Source: Proteobacteria bacterium UBA3413
GTDB lineage: Bacteria > Pseudomonadota > Gammaproteobacteria > Magnimaribacterales > D2472
Length of the DNA stretch: 40,499 nucleotides
Assembly: GCA_002358345.1 (NCBI GenBank)
Contig: DEOR01000044.1
Location: forward strand, 24,169 to 64,667
Reading direction: 5' to 3'
Part shown: piece after piece, positions 40,443 through 40,499 of the stretch
How positions within the stretch are numbered: the first letter of the stretch is position 1
Layout of the letters: every line of letters begins with the position of its first letter
Notes under the pieces: model-generated
The model's input: the letters and a program-made list of their open reading frames with translations, nothing else
Database searches by the model: none
What the model was told of the DNA's origin: nothing
Translations under genes and position numbers: made by a program

Positions 40443-40499
40443 CGTTAAAATTAGCGTCTCTTTTTTCTACAAAAGCATCTCGCGCTTCTTGAGAATCTT
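40432..40499 (-). CDS. C-terminal end of an enoyl-CoA hydratase/crotonase (EchA20-like), partial
   Basis: Hand translation ...DSQEARDAFVEKRDANFNDED*, matching the crotonase C-terminal 'D..E...AF.EKR...F' motif. Overlaps the next gene's start. Confidence 0.65.
   Translation of the reverse strand, partial: DSQEARDAFVEKRDANFNDED

Overview
Gene-dense, AT-rich chromosomal window with very short or overlapping intergenic spacers. Gene order (smc-zipA-ligA, ccmA-I) and protein style suggest a streamlined marine gammaproteobacterium, SAR86-like (inference). The left ~20 kb is housekeeping: a DUF4136-like lipoprotein, M16C peptidase, SLT lipoprotein, ligA, zipA, smc, a full System I cytochrome c maturation operon (including an unlisted ccmD), metY preceded by a SAM-II-type riboswitch, a degenerate cupin, thrS and tRNA-Arg(CCU). 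A small, compositionally foreign islet with no integrase follows the tRNA (Crp/Fnr regulator, SDR, DUF2141, DedA/VTT, secreted DUF6134-like protein). The right ~16 kb is a co-oriented steroid (9,10-seco / HIP) catabolism cluster: echA20-like, fadE31/fadE32-like, fadA6, ipdF, a P450, hsaD-E-G-F homologues, kshA, two Lrp regulators and fadD3. Three features stand out. (1) The SMC has no hinge domain, and both coiled-coil strands carry matched, diverged tandem duplications (120 aa and 143 aa). (2) The 3-ketosteroid 9-alpha-hydroxylase (KshA) is split over two genes by apparent duplication and reciprocal loss of the Rieske cluster and the catalytic domain. (3) The SAM-II aptamer appears to act through a remote anti-Shine-Dalgarno switch. 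All calls are from motif recognition by eye; no searches were run.
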